Translations under genes and position numbers: made by a program
Part shown: positions 13,640 to 27,770 of the stretch, one piece after another
Numbering within the stretch: the stretch's first letter is position 1
Layout: the number at the start of each line of letters is the position of its first letter
From: Octopus vulgaris
Lineage: Eukaryota
NCBI GenBank assembly: GCA_951406725.2
Contig: OX597818.1
Location: 106,454,001-106,518,000, forward strand
Length of the DNA stretch: 64,000 nucleotides
Direction: 5' to 3'
The notes under the pieces: generated by a model
What the model saw: the letters and a program-made list of their open reading frames with translations, nothing else
Database searches by the model: none
What the model was told of the DNA's origin: nothing

Positions 13640-14300
13640 TAGTAAGAAAACACCTCCATGGCCTGAAAAGATAAAAAGTAACATGCAATTAGACTGAAAA
13701 ATCTTGACAATGGTTGAAAAGAGAAGGATTCTAAGTTGAAACTGAAGAATTCTTAGTTGCGGTACAAGATCAAAATCTTCTTTCCAGAAATCTCTAAAAG
13801 CATGTGCTAATGCTGGATTGGTTAAGTAACTGAAGAATATGTAGTGGTTCAGAAGAGATAATTAATCATATCTCCTTTGGCTGACCAATCTTAATCAAGA
13901 ATGAATCCGTTGATTGGTATGGCAGATTTGGGAGCTTTCATACACTGGAAATGATGCCAGCATTAAGGAATACCAACTGGTAAGATGTGTTATGAACTTA
14001 GAGCAGAAAACATCTTCAGGAAGGACAAAGCTATCATTCTCTGGAAGATGCGAATCCACATAGACAGAGAGATGAAGAAAAGAATTGCTTCCGAGCCAAA
14101 GTGTCCCAACAGAAATAATTGAAATATAGATCTGAAAATTGAAATAATTAGAATGAGTGATTAAAGCATAAAAGATCCCTTAATAAATAGTCGGTGCCCT
14201 TGGGGTGATGAAAAATATGCAGATGAATATATCATCAAAACTTACAAATGATAGGTAGAGTACTGTTGATAGAATAAAAGATACAAAACTCAAAACAAAG
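13640..14300 (+). mobile_element. R4/Dong-type LINE 3' part, highly decayed
   Basis: EEFLVAVQDQNL, LWKMRIHIDREMK and IVGALGVM remnants colinear with the better copy downstream. Confidence 0.65.
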
Positions 14301-14399
14301 CACAAAGTCCACAGATTTACTGAACAACAACAACAAAAGCAGTAGCAGCAGCAATAATAATAATAATAATAATAATGATAATAATGATAATGATAATAA

Positions 14400-14945
14400 C
14401 TGGAAGCTACCCAACATTATGGAATAACAACAGAAAAAAGATGGTATAGGCACACCCCAGAAAAGGTCACAGAAAACGAGAAAACAACCATACTCTGGGA
14501 TATGCCAATACACACAGATAGAAAAATTAAGGCCAACAGACCAGATATAGTTGTCAGAGATCATGAAGAAAAAAAATGCTTTCTAATTGATGTATCAATA
14601 TCAGTAGATGACAACGTGTCTCTAAAAGAAATGGAGAAACTTTCAAAATACAAGGACCTGGAAACAGAGGTAACTAGAATGTGGAATCTAAAAACAGAAA
14701 CAATTCCTATCATAGTAGGTGCATTAGGCATGATAAAAAGATATTCAGACAAATACATAACAAAAACACCAGGACTTACAAACACATATAACATACAGAA
14801 AATCGCACTACTGGGCACTGCCCACATCCTATGCAAAATACTTTCAATACAGTAACCATCAGAGCATCACAACAAAACACAGCACATACCCAAGGCACAC
14901 AGAGCTGCGCTTGGTAGTGAAGTGAAGTGAAAACCCCACTGAATA
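14400..14945 (+). mobile_element. R4/Dong-type LINE 3' end (restriction-like endonuclease domain)
   Basis: ILWDMPIHTDRKIKANRPDIVVRDHEEKKCFLIDVS...EKLSKYKDL...IPIIVGALG (PD-D..K nuclease); flanked on both sides by (AAT/GAT)n. Confidence 0.92.
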
Positions 14946-17028
14946 ATGATAATAATATTAATACCCTCAGGCAGTACCAGTCAGTGGGACTCATGGCTTC
15001 TGATCTTAACTGATTGGAAGTGTAATCATCTACAGGAGTTGTCTTGGTGTAAAAGATGGGCTACAGCAAATATTCTTCTCAATATCACAGATTTGGTATA
15101 TCAGTTGTTTGACCTTAACCAGTTGAGCATGTTCCTTAGTAGCTGAGTAGTCAGGGAGATCATAGTCATGTGTTGAGAGGAATTCTTTGGGGTCTGAACA
15201 ATACACCTCTGAAAACATGGGTGAACAACCCTTATTCAGAGACCTTTTGAACAAGATGGGCTACTCAACCTTAAGGTCATGTACTGTGTATATTATGAGA
15301 TCACCATGTCACACACATGCAATTGTGAAGCATGGTGTAATCTAATCTGATAGGTACTTATGACGGGTGCATCCTTTGAAAGGATGAAAGGCAAAGTTGA
15401 CCTAAGGGTATACCTCGAAACATAAAGAGCCAGAAGAAAGGAAAGCAAGAGCATACAATGTATGGAAGAGAAGAAATTTAGACAGAGTGATACAACTATC
15501 ATCATCTTTATTTTAACATCCACTTTTCCAAACTTGTACGGGTCAAATAGAATTCATTGAGGTAGGTGTGCATCTATGATCAGGTGCCCTCCCTGTTACT
15601 TATTTCCAAGCAAGGTAACGTTTCCCCATCACCAGACATGTTTTCACAAAAGATTAGAAATAAAAGATGCTACAAATATGACAGTGATGCTTGATTAAAG
15701 CTATCATGCAATGTTGGGACAAGGAGACACAAACAGATAAAGAGAGATAGATAGATAGAGAGAGAGAGATATAGATAGAGAGAGAGAGGGAGAGAGAGAA
15801 AAGGGCAATTTGATACACACACACACACATGTATAAAAGAATTAACATAATACTAGGCATAAGATAATAACTATAAATACACAACAGCTTCAACAACTGA
15901 AAGTGGAAGTTATATGAATGGAAGTGCTGAGGCAGAAAAATCAGGAGAGCACTGACAGCATTTCAAAGTCAGCACTCCATTGCTAATATAGTTAGAAAAT
16001 ATAGAATACTTTGCCTTACACACCGGAATTGGGGTCTGATATAATAGAAAACTGATACAAAAAGAACAATTTTTGAATAAAATGTACTTAAACGCAAGTG
16101 ACAGGAAGCTGAATAAGTGTAATAAGACAATATATTTTTTTTAAAAAAACAACCTTTTCTCTATAAATAAGAAAATGTTAAAATATAAATTAGACACTTA
16201 TAACGAAGAAACGATCTAGATAAGGACAAAACAACAAAAAAAAAGGTTACAAAACAAAAGAGACAGAAATGCAGAATTCCAGAATTTATCAAACATAAAT
16301 AAATAAAAAAAGAAGAGAGAAAGAAAAAAAAAACCCCATCAAGTACCTGCTACCATGCAGAATGGGTCCAGTTATTAGCTGGGTTTGTCATGAACATGAA
16401 TACTGAACTACTGTCTTTGACAAAAAAGAGTGGGCAGTGGAAATTGTATAGTGAATGTAACTGGAAGGCTTCAGAAGAGTTTTTAATTAACTGGAACTGT
16501 GTTAATTAAGTGATGCCCTCAGGAGAAGAATAGTCTGATCTTTAGTAGACAATGTGACACTGGAACACTCGAGTAATTTACAGTTGCCTTTCTCCTACAA
16601 GATCTATACCTTGCTGTATAGGTTAAAAAATCGGAAGGACATACTGGACGAAGTAACACAAAGGGATGAGATAATTCAACGACAATGAGAGATGAATTTT
16701 AGATAATCTTCATAATGTCTTTTGAAGAAACACTAGTTATCATTCTGTTGAAAAGTTCTAAGATTTTGACAAATGGAAGTAAAATGTTTATAGTGATGAC
16801 AGCCATACATAAAGATATGTCTGTGGAGATTATCCTGCATAATCCCAATATTAACCCTAACCCATGCCCTACCCATTACATGTACTTTGTAATAACTAGC
16901 AGACATGCTTGGTCATCCCTTTCTGTAGCCGAAAAGGAAATGGAAATAAAACTTTTTCCTTATTTTTCTTTTATATCTTCTCAGAGGGGTGTCCACTGCA
17001 CAATTAAGGAGTTACATACATACATTAT

Positions 17029-17108
<80 letters not shown>

Positions 17109-17419
17109 ACTGTAAGTAGGTCCATTACTTGTACAAAAAAAAAAATGAACTGTTCTCCATTCCACGTCATTCCAAACCATGATAGCCACTGTATGCAGAC
17201 AACTACAGGCATATTAGGAAATGTAATGAAACTAGACAAACAAAGTTTATTGAGTGAAATCTCTTTTGAAAAGTCACTTGACACAACACATCTGCACTGA
17301 ATGATACACAACTAGTTGTCCAGGGTCTCAGCTATAAGGGACCAATGTAAGATAGGTTGAAACAATTGTGATTAGTAGAAAATCTCATGAATTCCATTTT
17401 CTCTTTCTCTCATTGGTTA

Positions 17420-17470
<51 letters not shown>

Positions 17471-17542
17471 CATACATACACATATATATACACACATATA
17501 TATATACATATATAATACGATTTATTTATATATATATATATA

Positions 17543-18475
17543 GTCCTCCTTCAACACCCTGGAGAAATGTAATGCCACAATCCTGGCCAAGCACGTATGG
17601 TCTTTGAAAGAAAGCACCACCAAGTACAGTGTAAAGTGGAAGATCTTAGAGAAATTGCAAAACATATTTCAGAAGCAGCAGGAAGTGCAGATTATGCCTA
17701 GCTGAGAAAAGAGTGATTTCAAAGAGCACTCAAAGCCCAGACATTTACCCGAATAGCGGAAGTGAAAGGAAGTATGTTCTATCATACCTGTGTGCCCTAT
17801 CATGTCTATAATCCCCAGTCACCCAACTTCAGCCCTCCACCATACCTTGGAGTCTGGCAAAGAGTTTGAGCAGAGCATACACTAATGCCTCCACAGACAA
17901 ACACATGCGACACCCCGCCAATATGGTAGGCACCTACCAACTTGACTCTTTTCCCCACCCCCAATATATGCTTCAACACATATTGTACTCCTACATACAC
18001 TGCATGCTTAAATAAAGGCCCCACGAATTAACCAATACATAAAGAAAATACACTAATGAACACAGATGTGTATGCCCACACCCCACTGCAGAAGTTATAC
18101 ATATAATACCACTACATACATTCCATTTCCACAAGATCACCAACCTTAAAGACACATATTTCCCACAAACTTCTCCAGAACTCTGACTTGCAACATAACC
18201 ATCCCTAGTGATGATGTTTTGGTACCAAGGGACATAATTCTTAAATAAAACCCCAGCTCAATTTGCCTCGTCACCTTTTTCACAGCAACCACAAGCCACA
18301 TGTGTCTATTCACTTCCAACAATAGAGAGCAGTCACAGTATTTCATTCCATAAAGTCTACCTCTGATGAATACAGAGTTACATAATCGGTCTGTTACCTA
18401 ACACTCCATTGAATCCCTAGCATGAAACTGATTGGTAAGAATGGCTGTAATGGATATATAATACAGTACATTATG
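17543..18475 (+). mobile_element. Penelope-like element 3' end (GIY-YIG C-terminus, Naiad-like) plus pseudo-LTR with hammerhead (18361-18439)
   Basis: [58 protein letters not shown]; downstream ct-CTGATGA-at...at-GAAAC-TGATTG-GTA-ag. Confidence 0.75.
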
Positions 18476-18496
18476 TATTTATAGATAGATAGATTG

Positions 18497-18803
18497 TGAT
18501 ACCTGTGCCGGTGGCACATAAAAAGCACCATCCAAATGTGACTGTTGCCAGTGTCACCTTGACTGGCTTCTGTGCCGATGGCACGTAAAAAGCATCAACC
18601 GATTGTGGCCACTACCAGCTTCCCCTGGCACGTAAAAAGCACCCACTACGCTCACAGAGTGGTTGGCATTAGGAAGGGCATCCAGCTGTAGAACTCTGCC
18701 AGATCAGATTGGAGCCTGGTGCAGCCTCCTGGCTTCCCAGACCCCGGTCAAATCGTCCAACCTATGCTAGCATGGAAAGCAGACGTTAAATGATGATGAT
18801 GAT
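18497..18803 (+). mobile_element. RTE LINE 3' UTR fragment with 3 TGGCACGTAAAAAGCA sub-repeats
   Basis: Same family as 9100-9305. Confidence 0.9.
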
Positions 18804-18808
18804 ATGTA

Positions 18809-19042
18809 TACGAGGTCTGATCAATAAGTATCCGTACTGCCATACTAATGAAGCTAAAGCTTGCATAGTAAAACCGCTTGGCACAGATTGACCTTGAACT
18901 CAGCTGTGCATGCATACAAAGAACATTAAAATTTAGTGCACTTGCACTACAAAGGTCAAGGTCAATCTGTACCAAGCAGCTAGTCTCGCTTTAGCTGTAT
19001 TACTATGGCAACAATCAGGATACTTATCGATCAGACCACATA
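18809..19042. mobile_element. Tc1/mariner-type MITE, largely palindromic
   Basis: TA-CGAGGTCTGATCAATAAGTATCC ... GGATACTTATCGATCAGACCACA-TA; internal CAGATTGACCTTGA / TCAAGGTCAATCTG inverted pair. Confidence 0.85.
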
Positions 19043-19149
19043 TCATCATCACTATATATATAACATTATATATATACATACATACATATATATACATATA
19101 TATGCACATATATACATACATTAGTACAATGCTTACAAATAACCACACA

Positions 19150-19750
19150 TAATAAGAAGGAATGTCCCAGTGAAAACCTCAACAAAATGTAAGCACAACA
19201 GACCTGATATAATGATTTGGGATAGAGAAGAGAAACTGTGTACAGTTGTGGAAATCAGTTGCTCAGTAGATCTTAATATAAAAAAGACAATACCTGCTCT
19301 GAATTATTGAGAAATCTACAATTACTCTACCCAGATTACAAGTTCAGGTCTATACCCGTAATTATCGGGGCACTGGGATATGTAACACACTACATAAATA
19401 CCAATCTTGAGAAATTAGGCTTCTCAAAACCAGAAAGAAGAAAGCTGAATCAAAGACTACAGATCCAAGCCATCACTGGCACTCTCAAAATCTGTAAAAC
19501 TTTCCAGAAGTTTATTGTTTAAGTATATATGAGCATGTCTAGACATGAAAGTTTATGCATGAGAATGCATACATAAAACAAAACAAACAAATTTGCACAT
19601 GCACTGATGCCAAATGTTGCACACATACACACATAAATGTAAAGATATGCTAACGATGTTGTTGGAATTCCAATGCAGGAGCCTTGGATCTAGGTTAGAA
19701 ACTAGCTCTTTCTCTATTGGCAAGAAATCTTAAAATAAAACTGAATAATT
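19150..19750 (+). mobile_element. R4/Dong-type LINE 3' fragment, same family as 5790-7912
   Basis: CKHNRPDIMIWDREEK..VVEISCSVD, RNLQLLYPDYKFRSIPVIIGALG; shared 3' UTR. Confidence 0.9.
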
Positions 19751-19914
19751 ACATTTATTTTGTGTGTGTGTGTGTGTGTGTGAGTGTGACAGCACATGGC
19801 TGATACATAAATACAAACATACATACAAATACGCACACATATAGACTTGCATACAAATATACAAATAAATATATACACAAATAAATGCCCCCCCCCCCCC
19901 ACATATATATATAT

Positions 19915-20196
19915 CAATGGAAATTGTAGCTGTGATACCAATGCCGGTGGCACGTAAAAAGCACCATCCGATCATGGCCATTTGCCAGCCTCGTCTGGCA
20001 CCTGTTCTGGTGGCACGTAAAAAACACCCACTACACTCACGGAGTGGTTGGCATTAGGAAGGGCATCCAGCTGTAGAAACACTTCCAGATCAGACTGGGC
20101 CTGGTGCAGCCTTCTGGCTTCCCAGACCCCAGTTGAACTGTCCAACCCATGCTAGCATGGAAAGCAGATGTTAAACGATGATGATGATGATGATGA
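19915..20196 (+). mobile_element. RTE LINE 3' UTR fragment
   Basis: Family motifs and (GAT)n tail. Confidence 0.9.
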
Positions 20197-20367
20197 TATA
20201 TATACACACATACGCGCACACATATACATACCTACAATACATACATACGCATACATATAGAGAGACAAATCTTTACATCAAGATAAATATATACATCATA
20301 ATGTATATTCGCAAACAAGTATTCAAGTACTATTTTCCCCCCTTGTTTCGCATGTGCTTACTCTGGT

Positions 20368-20705
<338 letters not shown>

Positions 20706-20878
20706 CACCCACTACATTCTCGGAGTGGTTGGCGTTAGGAAGGGCATCCAGCTGTAGAAACTCTGACAAATCAAGATTGGAGCCTGGTGCAGCCATCTGG
20801 TTTGTCAGCCCTCAGTCAAAATTGTCCAACCCATGCTAGCATGGAAAGCGGACGTTAAACGATGATGATGATGATGAT
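20706..20878 (+). mobile_element. RTE LINE 3' UTR fragment
   Basis: Family motifs and (GAT)n tail. Confidence 0.9.
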
Positions 20879-21084
20879 ATACACACATATATATATATAT
20901 ATATATGCCTATTTATATATATATATATATATATATATCCTTATGCAACTGGCTTCACCAAAAGCCATCCACATAAGAATGATCACTGAAAAGGTGAAAA
21001 CACTGGTGATGCACCAGCATGGCCACTGCCTTTGGGCAGAAAAGAATAAAAGAATATACATATACATACATTTCATGTGTATGC

Positions 21085-21127
<43 letters not shown>

Positions 21128-22929
21128 TGAGTGTATGAGTGAGTGTGTGTGTGAGTGAGTGTGTGTGTGTGTGGGGGGTGTTGTGTGTGTGAGAGGCAGC
21201 AGAGAAAAGGTGGAATGGCAGCTGAGTTGAGTGGACAAAGCATGGTTTAGGAATGAGTAATAAGGGGACAAAGGAGTGAATGCTGGAAGGAAAAAGTTGC
21301 AAGAGGGTAGGGAAGAGAATAAGAGACTAACAGGGAGAGAGGAATGGTGAGAGGAGTGTGAGAGAAGATGGGTAAAGGTTGCCAGTATGTAATCCCCCCC
21401 TTTAGTCCTGCATCATGACTTATGATTTGGAATGAAGGAGGATATCGTTGGTGAAGGTATGACAAAGGAGTACAAGTATTCTGCACAAATCAAGGGTTTT
21501 TCTCAATTAGAGTGTCATGGTATAATGAACTGAGGAGATGAGATGAGAGATAAGGATTAGCATGGTTAGCATAGATGTTGCAAGATGTGAGGTAATGGAT
21601 TGGACAACATTGAACTGTGATACAAAGCAAACACCTGGAAGGATTATTTATGGCATAGGCACATACTAGGGTCTGCAGATTCTTTCAGACACTTTAGTAA
21701 TCTCCCACGTTCTTATACAGACTCAGTTGTCTTGACATTATTTTGCCACTGGCCACACTGTGTGAGAACAAGAAGGTAGATCTGATGTGCACTTGGTGCT
21801 TACAATAAAGAAACTTTTTGCTAATCTAGCATATCTGTGTTGAGCAAGTAACATTGTGTTGCACGCACACACACGATCAATTAAGAGTCAAATAGTCTTG
21901 TTGTAATGGCTGGTGTATTCTGCACATTAGTATATTCTGTTGCTTGCATACTTTTAGGCAGAGAGAAGGTATTGTACAAGCAGGATCAGGTTCCGTTTTC
22001 TGTCCTCCTTCACAAGACATGACCATTCTTTGTTGAAATACTGCATAATCAGTCAGGGTCTTCATTGATTACTGATGGTAGAAACTTCTTAGATCCACAG
22101 ACAGAGGACCTTTCACAGTGGCAGTCGAGCTACCACACATCTGTGACAATAAAATATCACCACTTCTATAGCTTCAGACATCCAGAAGATGTAAGAATAA
22201 GTGAAAGCAGTTGTGATTCCCTCGTTCTTCACATGGATGTGGGTCCCTTGTTGAGACACCATCTCACTGAAGTCATTGTCTTCATTTTATCGCCAAGATC
22301 TGCATTGTGTTCCAGTGTCTGTCAGTATGATTTCTTCAACTGAATGCCATTCTTAATGTCAAGCACTGGATGCTTTTTCATGCTACCAGCACAAGTGAGG
22401 TCGTAATGCAGCATTCAAGACTATAAAACCCAAATAGAGAAGGGTAACTTTATTCTATGAGATTAAGGAGTAGAGAAGGGTAAAATGTGATAGAAAGGGA
22501 CAGAACAGAACAGGTTCCTTACTATAAGGGGACCAACATGACAATACTCACTTTAGAAGGGAGGAGGTGATCCTAAGATATCAGATATACTTAGTCAAGG
22601 ATGAAGCAGAAAGGAACAAATTTTCACATTCTATAAAGATCAGAGGCATGAAATGCTCAGAATTACATAACAGTGTGTCAAAGAGAACAAAGATGCCATG
22701 TGGAAGAAATATTTTCAAATTGATGGAGGAACAGTTACCATTGTCATTGATGGCAAGAAAGAGGCATGGAAATATTACAATGAGATATTGTTGAACAAAG
22801 AGAATGCAGGGGATAAAATGAAGCTACCTTATACTGACCTCATGGACTGATTAACAATTTAAGTTGACAACAGAGTGGAAGATAGAGTAATTAAGGACAT
22901 ATAGGCAGAGACAGATTACTGCCCATCAG

Positions 22930-25200
22930 GGGCAGTTCCTGAGATGCTCAAAATATTTGACAAATAGGATCCATGCCTTCACTTGAATACTCAATAAAGT
23001 AATGCAGGAAGGTGCCATTCCTGATGATTGGTAAAGCAGTATCGTAGTAAACTGCTACAAAAACAAAGGATGCCATGCAGTTTGGCATTATGTCTAATAA
23101 CAACATTCCTAGTGAGAAAACTGAAAGAGAGATTCTTAGCTTAGAATAGACCATTATACCTGGCATTTATTGACTTGGAGAAAGCCTTTGAAAGGGTACC
23201 ACATTCATAAAACTGGCGGTCAGAAATGAAACTAGGTGGTGAAGAATAGTTTGTGAGGGCTGTACAAGCGATGTTGCAGTGAGTAATGTGAACATCAACA
23301 GTGAGTTTGGTGTTGAATTTAATATGAAGGGAGCATTCCAGCAAAGCCAATCTTGTCCCTCCTCTTCATCATAGTCTTACAAGCTGTCACAGAGGAGTTT
23401 AAAACTAGCTGGATTGTGTCTGTATTGTTTGACATGGCTTAGCTAGAACCAAACAACCTTAAAACATGTATAGCAGATGATGGATAAGGCAATTAAGTAT
23501 GATAGAGTAATTAAGATTTTGAAGAGAGGGAAAACCTCTGGCCTCTCAGGAATTACTGCTAAAACGCTTTAGAAATTAGGTGCAATGGGATGTGGCCAAG
23601 TCAGATGTGTAGTTAATCAGATTGTACAGGAAAGTATCATATCCAACAACAGCTGCAGTAGCATTATAGTCAGCTGCTACAAAGGTAAGAGACATATCTT
23701 AGAAGTAATTACAGAGGTTTCAAGTTAGTGGACCAGGTCGTGAAAATTACGCAAAGGATTATAGCTCAACCAATTAAGAAAAGAGTTAGCCTCGATGGGA
23801 TGCAGTTTGGCTTTGTGCGAGAGAGAAGTACTAATGATGCTTTTTTTCTAATAAGGCAACTGCAGTAAAAGAATTTAGTCAAATTAAACCTCTGTTCTTG
23901 GTATTTTTCAACATGGGAAAACATTTGACAGGGTCCTTCATTCCTTGATCTGGTGGTCACTATGGAATCTTAGAGTAGATGAGTGGCTTATGAGAGCTGT
24001 CTTCTTACCTAGGTGACCTAATTAGCAGTGAAATACATGGATACTCACAGTAAGGTGAGAGCTAGCAATAAGTACAGCAACAAACTTAGTATGCAAGTTT
24101 GTGTTCACCAGGTCTTACGATACACATAACTCATGTTTTCTTCCTGGTAAGGCAATTTCTAGTGTAGTATGAGAAGGTGCTGAAAAGTTCCTGGCTTTAA
24201 GGGTATTCAGAAAGGTCTGATTGGAGACCCAACATTCTGAGTTCTTTTACAGGGCTTATAAAAACTGAAGGACTGCTACAAGTGTGAATGTGAGAGGGGA
24301 ATATGTTGAATAAAATCATAATTAACTGATCCTCCTCTATTTTCTTTTACCCAAAGCCAAGAACTTTTCAGCACCCCCTCATATTAAGTCAAAAATAAAC
24401 CACTGAGTTTGACATTTGAACTTGAACACATGGAGAAAGCCTTTGAGAGGGTCCTTTGCTTTCTCATCTAATGGTCCCTGTAGAAGCTAGGGGGATTAGT
24501 ATGGCTGGTGGAAATGTTTAAGCAATATACAGGGATGTCATCAGTAAGGTGAAAGTGAGCAATGAGTATAGCAATGAATTTAGAATGCACATAGGTGTTC
24601 ACCAGGGTGTGGTTCTTAGTTTTCTTCCATTTATCATAGTTCTCCAGACGATAACATAGGAATTTCAGACTGGTTGCCCATTGGAGCTAATGACCTTGTT
24701 TTTACAGCTGAATCAATAAAAGAATTACTAGAGAAATTCCAGGTTTGAAAGCAAAACAAGGAATCTAAGAGCCCTAAAGTTAACTTAGTAAATACAAAAA
24801 TCCAACCAAGCTGGCAAACCAATAAACCACTAAGCCCTTCAGGGAAGTGGCTCTGCTCAATATGTAGAAAAGGTATTGGTATAAAGCTAGCATCCTCTGA
24901 TGGATGTGAAGTGTCAGAGGGCATATATAACAAAGTGCAAATATGTCGAGAGAAAACTTGGGCATAAGAAGAATCAGATGTTGTGAGCAAGAGAGAAGTC
25001 TGTGTTGGTATAGTTAGGTAATGCATATGGACGAATATACTTGCATGAAGTACTGCCAGTCGCTACGTGTGAATGAAACCTATGGAAGATGGGAACCCAT
25101 GAAAATATGGGATGAAGTGGTGAGAAATGATCTTCAAATGTTGAACCTCACAGAGATGGCAAAAACTGAGATGATTGGAAATTTTCTGTGATTAAGAAAA
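22930..25200 (+). mobile_element. Several overlapping decayed RTE-clade reverse transcriptase fragments
   Basis: LAFIDLEKAFERVP, NYRGFKLVDQVVK, MQFGFVRERSTNDAFFLIRQLQ, GVHQG.VLS, LKVNLVNTK...GKWLCSICRKG; the RT motif 3-4 region is present about three times. Confidence 0.8.
24168..24383 (+). mobile_element. Mariner-derived MITE nested in RTE RT sequence
   Basis: TIRs TATGAGAAGGTGCTGAAAAGTTCCTGGCTTT / AAAGCCAAGAACTTTTCAGCACCCCCTCATA; internal ...GGGGAATATGTTGAATAA (GEYVE*), typical mariner transposase C-terminus. Confidence 0.88.
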
Positions 25201-25768
25201 TTCAATTACCTATGCAAAAATGAAACCTTAAAAGCATGTTGCCTACGTCTATTTCCCTGCACCCAATTTGTTTCTGATGAACCTACCTCCTTCCCATCCT
25301 GCAACACATGTCTATACACCCAATCTGTTCTTGACAAGCTCCCCCAACACACAACCTATTTTACCCTCACCTGTCCCTCCAATGACTCATCTGCCTAACA
25401 CCCACCTGTTTGTCTCCTTCTAACTATAGAACTATTCACTCAGCTGCTATAGTTAGGAGACCACACCCTTCTTCACCAATCTCCTAATGCCTTGAACACC
25501 CATTTCCCCTCCCCCTGCCCTGTACACCCTACATTTTGCCAGCAGCAGCACCCACCATTTCCTCTATCAGTCTCCCACAATTTCCATCCTTATGTACCTC
25601 TCACTTCATCCCTAGCAGTGTGTATATTTCTTACATCCCTACCAAATACTTTGCTGCCACCTATCGCCTCCCTGACCCACACCTACTTTCCCTTCATATT
25701 GACCTTCACCTTGCTTCCATCCATGTTTTGTATTCAATGCATCTCCCTCCACGTACATACATACATAC

Positions 25769-25807
<39 letters not shown>

Positions 25808-27112
25808 TATGTACTTTTTTAAAATGAATTTTCATTTATCCTGATAGGAAAACAATATTTTTTTATGCTGGTCAATATATTTGGGATTGAGTAAGCAGCT
25901 GTTAATCAATACGCTATAATATTTTTGAGTCTATCAAAACTCTAGTGTTCGTTAATCTGTTCAGGCAAATAATTCTCACTCTACAATTTTATTGATCGCA
26001 TTTCAGAAAGAACAGTCAAGTGTTTTCTGTGAGTGCCTGTATTTTTTTTTTACTAAGTGGGGACTGTAGAATATTCTATTTCCTTTTTTCTACATTTTTT
26101 TTTTAGTACCAACTTTTCTTCATTATTAAAACTTTTTTCATTTATCCTATTGATACAGTTTGCATCTACTCCTATAGAAAACTGGAAGCACTTTTGTTGT
26201 TATCAAAGTAAAGCATGAACACGAATTTCAGTTAATTTGGTCAGGTTCTGCAGTTTATTGCAGGTGTTGGTGTAAATTGTCAGTTGACACAACTGCTTGT
26301 AATAATCTGTTGCAGCAGATGGAATGGGATTAATCCAACATAAAGAACTTGTTATCATCATCATTATCGTGGTATGTTAATGACTACTTTATCCATACTT
26401 CAATAGATTTAATATGATGAGTTCGTTTGTTAGTTACCTTGTCCTGGCTACCTTTCAGTCCCGATCATTATTTCTTAAAAGTTAACCATCCATTGCTACC
26501 TGGGATGTTTCCTTTAGCTCTGATTAATGATAGTTATCACTTGATTTTTTAACTCTTCAAATCTTGTCATTCACTCAATGCAACTGTGCAATGTTATCTG
26601 TTTCAGGATTAAGTATCTCTTTATGATATACATCTCTTTATCATTCCCATTTCTTAGTTGCATAGAAATATCTGGATACATTTAAAGATAATTATTCTTT
26701 TACACAAGAATATGTTAAATGTATAAACAGATTAAAAAAAGAAAAAGAGAAGTGGATAAAGTTATCAGATTGAATTCAGATCTTTACTCTAATCCAAGTC
26801 ACAATGAATAGCTACCTAAATGTGTGCCCCAACATACACAACAATTTCTCTCACTACACGTACATCTTATATATCTCACAATTGAAATTTACTTACACAA
26901 TGAGGTAAAAAAAAAAGATAAAAATTTGTATTTGTCTTAGAGTTCTATTGAATAACACAAATGGATAAATGAAAATCACAAAAAAATATATATTTCAGAA
27001 TGACATTGTGAAAGAATATGAATTATCTGTTTTCCCCTGATGTTGGTATTTTTTAATACTTTCAAAATAAAAGCAACACAGGTTGTAGAGAAATTAAAAA
27101 TAAACCTAGAAA

Positions 27113-27435
27113 ACTGGAACTCTGTCAGTTACAATAACAAGGGTTCCAGGATCCAATCAATGCAACAGCCTGCTCATGAAATTAATGTGCAAGTGGCTGA
27201 GTACTCCACAGACATGAATACCCTTAATGTAGTTCTCAAGAAGATTCAGTGTGATAGAATATGACAAGGTGTCCCTTTGAATTACAGGCATAACTTATTT
27301 TCTCCAGCTGAGTGGACTGGAGCAACCTCAAATAAAGTGTCTTGCTCAAGAATGTAACGCACCACCAAGAACTGAACTTACAATCTTACAATTGTGAGCT
27401 GAATACCCTAACCATTAAGCCATGTGTGTTCCCTG
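27113..27435 (-). mobile_element. tRNA-derived SINE (same 3' body as 46613-46990)
   Basis: Minus strand TGGCTTAATGG A-box-like, GTTCAGTTC B-box-like, TTGAGCAAGACACTT, and shared body CTCAGCCACTTGCAYATTAATTTCAYGAGCAGGCTGTT. Confidence 0.75.
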
Positions 27436-27609
27436 CAGAGAGATAAAAAAGAAACAAAACAGAAAACATGATAATGAGAATATTAATGATGATGTAATGA
27501 AAAAGAAATGAAATAAGGATGTCTTCTTGTGTAATTCTAATAAAAGAAACTGGACTAACAAAGGACCTAGTTAAGATATGATGTACCACATGTCCCAAAT
27601 GAAAAACTT

Positions 27610-27770
27610 AATTAACCTCAGTCTTCAATTGGTACTTATTTTATCAACTCTGTTAGGGATGAAAGGTAAAATCGACCTCAGTGGCATTTGAACCTAGAAC
27701 ATACAGGTGAGTGCAATGCAGCTGAGTATTTTGCCTAGTCTACTAATGATTCTACCAGCTTGCCACCTTA
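27610..27770 (-). mobile_element. tRNA-derived SINE, family with GAGGTCGACTTTGCCTTTCATCC central domain
   Basis: Reverse complement matches the copies at 39118-39490. Confidence 0.75.

Noticed and set aside
14965-15275. Probable interspersed repeat
   Set aside because: Single copy in the window and no diagnostic termini or coding motifs.
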